Positions 61,055 through 64,000 of a stretch of DNA of 64,000 nucleotides are shown here, in pieces. The position numbers and the translations under genes were made by a program. Under the pieces are notes generated by a model that worked only from the letters and a program-made list of their open reading frames with translations, was not told the DNA's origin and made no database searches. Each line of letters starts with the position of its first letter. The stretch's first letter is position 1. Source of the stretch: Malacoraja senta (lineage: Eukaryota). The stretch covers positions 1-64,000 of the forward strand of contig JAXLNO010000128.1 in the NCBI GenBank assembly GCA_038087875.1, given 5' to 3'.

Positions 61055-62115
61055 AAATCAGGTTGAAATGGATAGAGGTTGGCTGGATGGCAGAAGGCAA
61101 AAATTAGCAATAAAGAGGGATTTTTCTGGTTGGCTGCGAGTGACCAGCGGAGTTCCGCAGGGGTCCTTGCTGTTGCCCCTACTCTTCGCATTGCAGATCA
61201 ATGATTTGGATGAGGGGATTGAAGTATTTGTGGCCAAGTTTGCAGATTGTGTGAAGATAGGTGGAGGGGCAGGTAGTGTAGAGAAAGCATGGACCCAGTC
61301 AAAGAACTCAGGACAGGTTGGGAAAGTGGGCAGACAAATGGAAGATGGAATACAGCATAGCAAAGTGTGGAATCATGCATTTTGGTAGTAGGAATAAAGG
61401 CATAGACTATTTCCTAAATGGGGAGAGAATTCAGAAATCGGTGGTGCAAAGGGAATGGTAGTGCTGGTACAGAATTCACAAAAAGTTCATTTCCAAGACG
61501 AATCGGTAGTAAGGAAGGCAACGCAATACTAGCATTTATTATAAGAGGGCTAGAATACAAAACAGGGATGTAATGCTGAGGCTCTATAAGGCGCCAGTCA
61601 GACCGCATTTGCAGTATTGTGAGCAATTTTGGGCCCCATATCTGAGGAAGGATACGCTGCTGCTGAACATGGCCCAGAGATTTACCAGAATGACCCCTGA
61701 AATGACAGGGTTAACATATGACGAGCGTTTGACAGCACTAGGCCTCTACTCACTGGAGTTTAGAAGGATGAGGGGTCACCCCATTCAAAACTACTGAACA
61801 GTGAAAGGCCTGGATCGAGTGGATGTGGAGAGAATGTTTCTGGTCATAGCCTCCGAATTAAAGAAAGTTCCTTCAGGAAGGAGATGAGGAATTTCAGTGT
61901 GGTGAATCTGTGGAATTCATTGCCACAGAAGGCTGTGGGGGCCAAATCAATGTATATTTTTAAGGGCAAGACTGGTAGATTCTTGGTTAGTACATGTGTT
62001 AATGGTTATGGGGTGAAGGCAGGAGAATGAGATCATGTGTGAAAAATAGTTGAACCTTTATTGAATGGCAGTAAACTTGATGGGCCCTATGGCTTTATTC
62101 TGGTTCTATCACTCA
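61055..62115 (+). mobile_element. Degenerate CR1 LINE 3' portion
   Basis: [36 protein letters not shown]1 3' UTR. Confidence 0.85.
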
Positions 62116-63314
62116 TGAATATCAAAGGAAATGAGTCCCTGAGATTCAATCTTGCATTTTACCACTGTATTCACATTTATCACTCACCCGAGTTCCATTT
62201 AAATTAAAGGTTTAAATGTCAGGTAAAAAGAGCAATTGAAGGTAAAACGTGGAATATTCCTCTTTGAACCCACCATCGGCTATTAAAGGAAGTCAAGAAA
62301 GTCACTCACTCTTATCAACACATTACACGGATGAGGACTTGCTCACCGCGGACTGACTATGGAGGACCCGCTCGAGAGATGCAGCTCGCCCACCGCAGAC
62401 TCCGAATCTGTCCCGTGCCGGAGCGAGGAAGGACTGAGAACGAGGGAATGAGGGGACCCAGTGGAGGACCGCCTAGAACAGTAGGCAGACCAGGCATGGG
62501 GCCGTGGAGAAAAAAGGAGGAAATAATGGGGAGGGAATGGGTGTTGCTGCAGTGGCAAGTAGTAGACGGCTCTTATATACAGTGGGTCCTACAAAAGAGA
62601 GGACAAAGCTTGACCTACTATGAGGAAATTGTGAAAGGCAAGTGACTGAAGTGTCTGTGAGCGAGACCATTGAGCATTGTTTTATTTGCTTTGAGATAGT
62701 TGCAGATAAAACATGGTGGGCCCACAAGTTTAACATTTTGAATTGGGAAAAGATCAAATTTGATTGTATCAAACAGTAATTTTCTGAATTTGTCTGAAAT
62801 AGGTTGTTTGTGGGCAAATGGACGTACAGAAAAGTGTGATGAGTTCACGGCATGCATATTCCTGCTTGAGTGAAGCGCAAGTGGGGGTAAGGATGCCTGG
62901 ATGATTGAGAAATTGAGGATCTGTTCAGGAAATAAAGAGCATACTGAAGAAGGAATGTCAGGAGATCAAAATGGGGGCATGAGTTAGCTCTGGCAGATAA
63001 TATTATGAAATATCCAAATAGATTTTTTGTACATTAAGGGGTAGAAGGTGACGAAAGAAAATAGAGGTTTGTCACAAACCAAAACAACCATCTCTGTGTT
63101 GGGCAACTTGGGACAGTTAATGGAGATATCTTGTGGACAATCCATATGTTCTATCTTCTGGGCCTCTTCTTCAGAATGGGACAGGGAGAGGGAGACACAG
63201 AGATATAAAAGGGTAACTAGTGAAAACAAGACATCAAAGGGGATGCAGTTCAAGGAAAATGTAGAATAGGTCATTGTTAGTTCGGGGAAGGTGACAAGAT
63301 AACATCTAATCAAG

Positions 63315-63430
63315 GGGACATTCAGACTGGTCGGAGAACTGGGATGGGGGAGGGATGGAGAGGGAGGGAAAGCAAATGTTACTTGAATTTAGAGCAGTCG
63401 ATATTCATACAGCTGTGTTGTAAGCTTGTA
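63315..63430 (-). mobile_element. Penelope 3' fragment
   Basis: The reverse complement matches gtatgaacattgacttctc...ccctcccc...cagtctgaa of the 12.6-12.8 kb region. Confidence 0.55.
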
Positions 63431-64000
63431 AAGAAAGGCACAACATGAGTCACCCTGCAGTCTCTCAGCTCCTCACCTGTGTCTAATGATGATTCATATA
63501 TATCAGCCAGGGTTCCTGCAATTTGTGCTCTTGGAACAACATTTGCCATAAATACGATTTTGAACTTACCTTTTGCAATATTCCAGGTTGCTGCGGTTTA
63601 AAAGTACATTATCAGTCTGGACGAACCACTTGCATTAAAGTCTTTCCTGCTGTGAGGCTGAAGAATTCAGATGTCCATCTTGTACCCAGTTTTTCTGATC
63701 GCTCCATGAATAGTACAGCATCCACTACTTACTGGAACATTTCCTGTGCAGTCTGTGAGTACAGGTTTCTGCAAATCATGGCCAAAAATACTCCCAAAAG
63801 CTCGTGTCACCTCAAATGCCTTCAAATACTGATCTTTTTAACTGAAAAACAGTGCAGTTCTACAGACCAGCAATATGTTCTTGGTTCCTATGTCTTTAAG
63901 ACTTTCCTTATGCATCTGCTGTTAAGTCAGCCATTTTCAAACTGGCATGAAAGTCACCTGGAACATAGGCTGAGAGATATGTTAAAATATCTCGGAAAAT

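Overview
Eukaryotic, repeat-dense genomic DNA, most likely from a cartilaginous fish. This is inferred from V-domain (HE1-like) SINEs together with abundant CR1, Penelope, L2, Rex1 and fish-type L1 elements. Bases 1 to ~8300 hold the 3' half of a plus-strand spliced gene for a group-B SRCR transmembrane receptor (CD163/WC1/SCART-like): SRCR exons, a TM exon and several Tyr-motif cytoplasmic exons. The rest is mostly transposable elements: Penelope-like elements and many short Penelope terminal-repeat insertions carrying a hammerhead-ribozyme core, CR1s, a truncated Tc1, and three copies of one young L1 family, one full-length with both ORFs intact. Between ~35 and 53 kb there is a five-level nested insertion: a 2A-like/PHD-bearing CR1-group LINE > CR1 > L1-B > (CR1 and full-length L1-A) > L2. 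The inner L1-A is flanked by a ~1.15-kb direct duplication of L1-B sequence. There are weak traces of a duplicated, unidentified minus-strand exon. No prokaryote-type systems (CRISPR etc.) are present. Element boundaries were read by eye and may be a few bases off.
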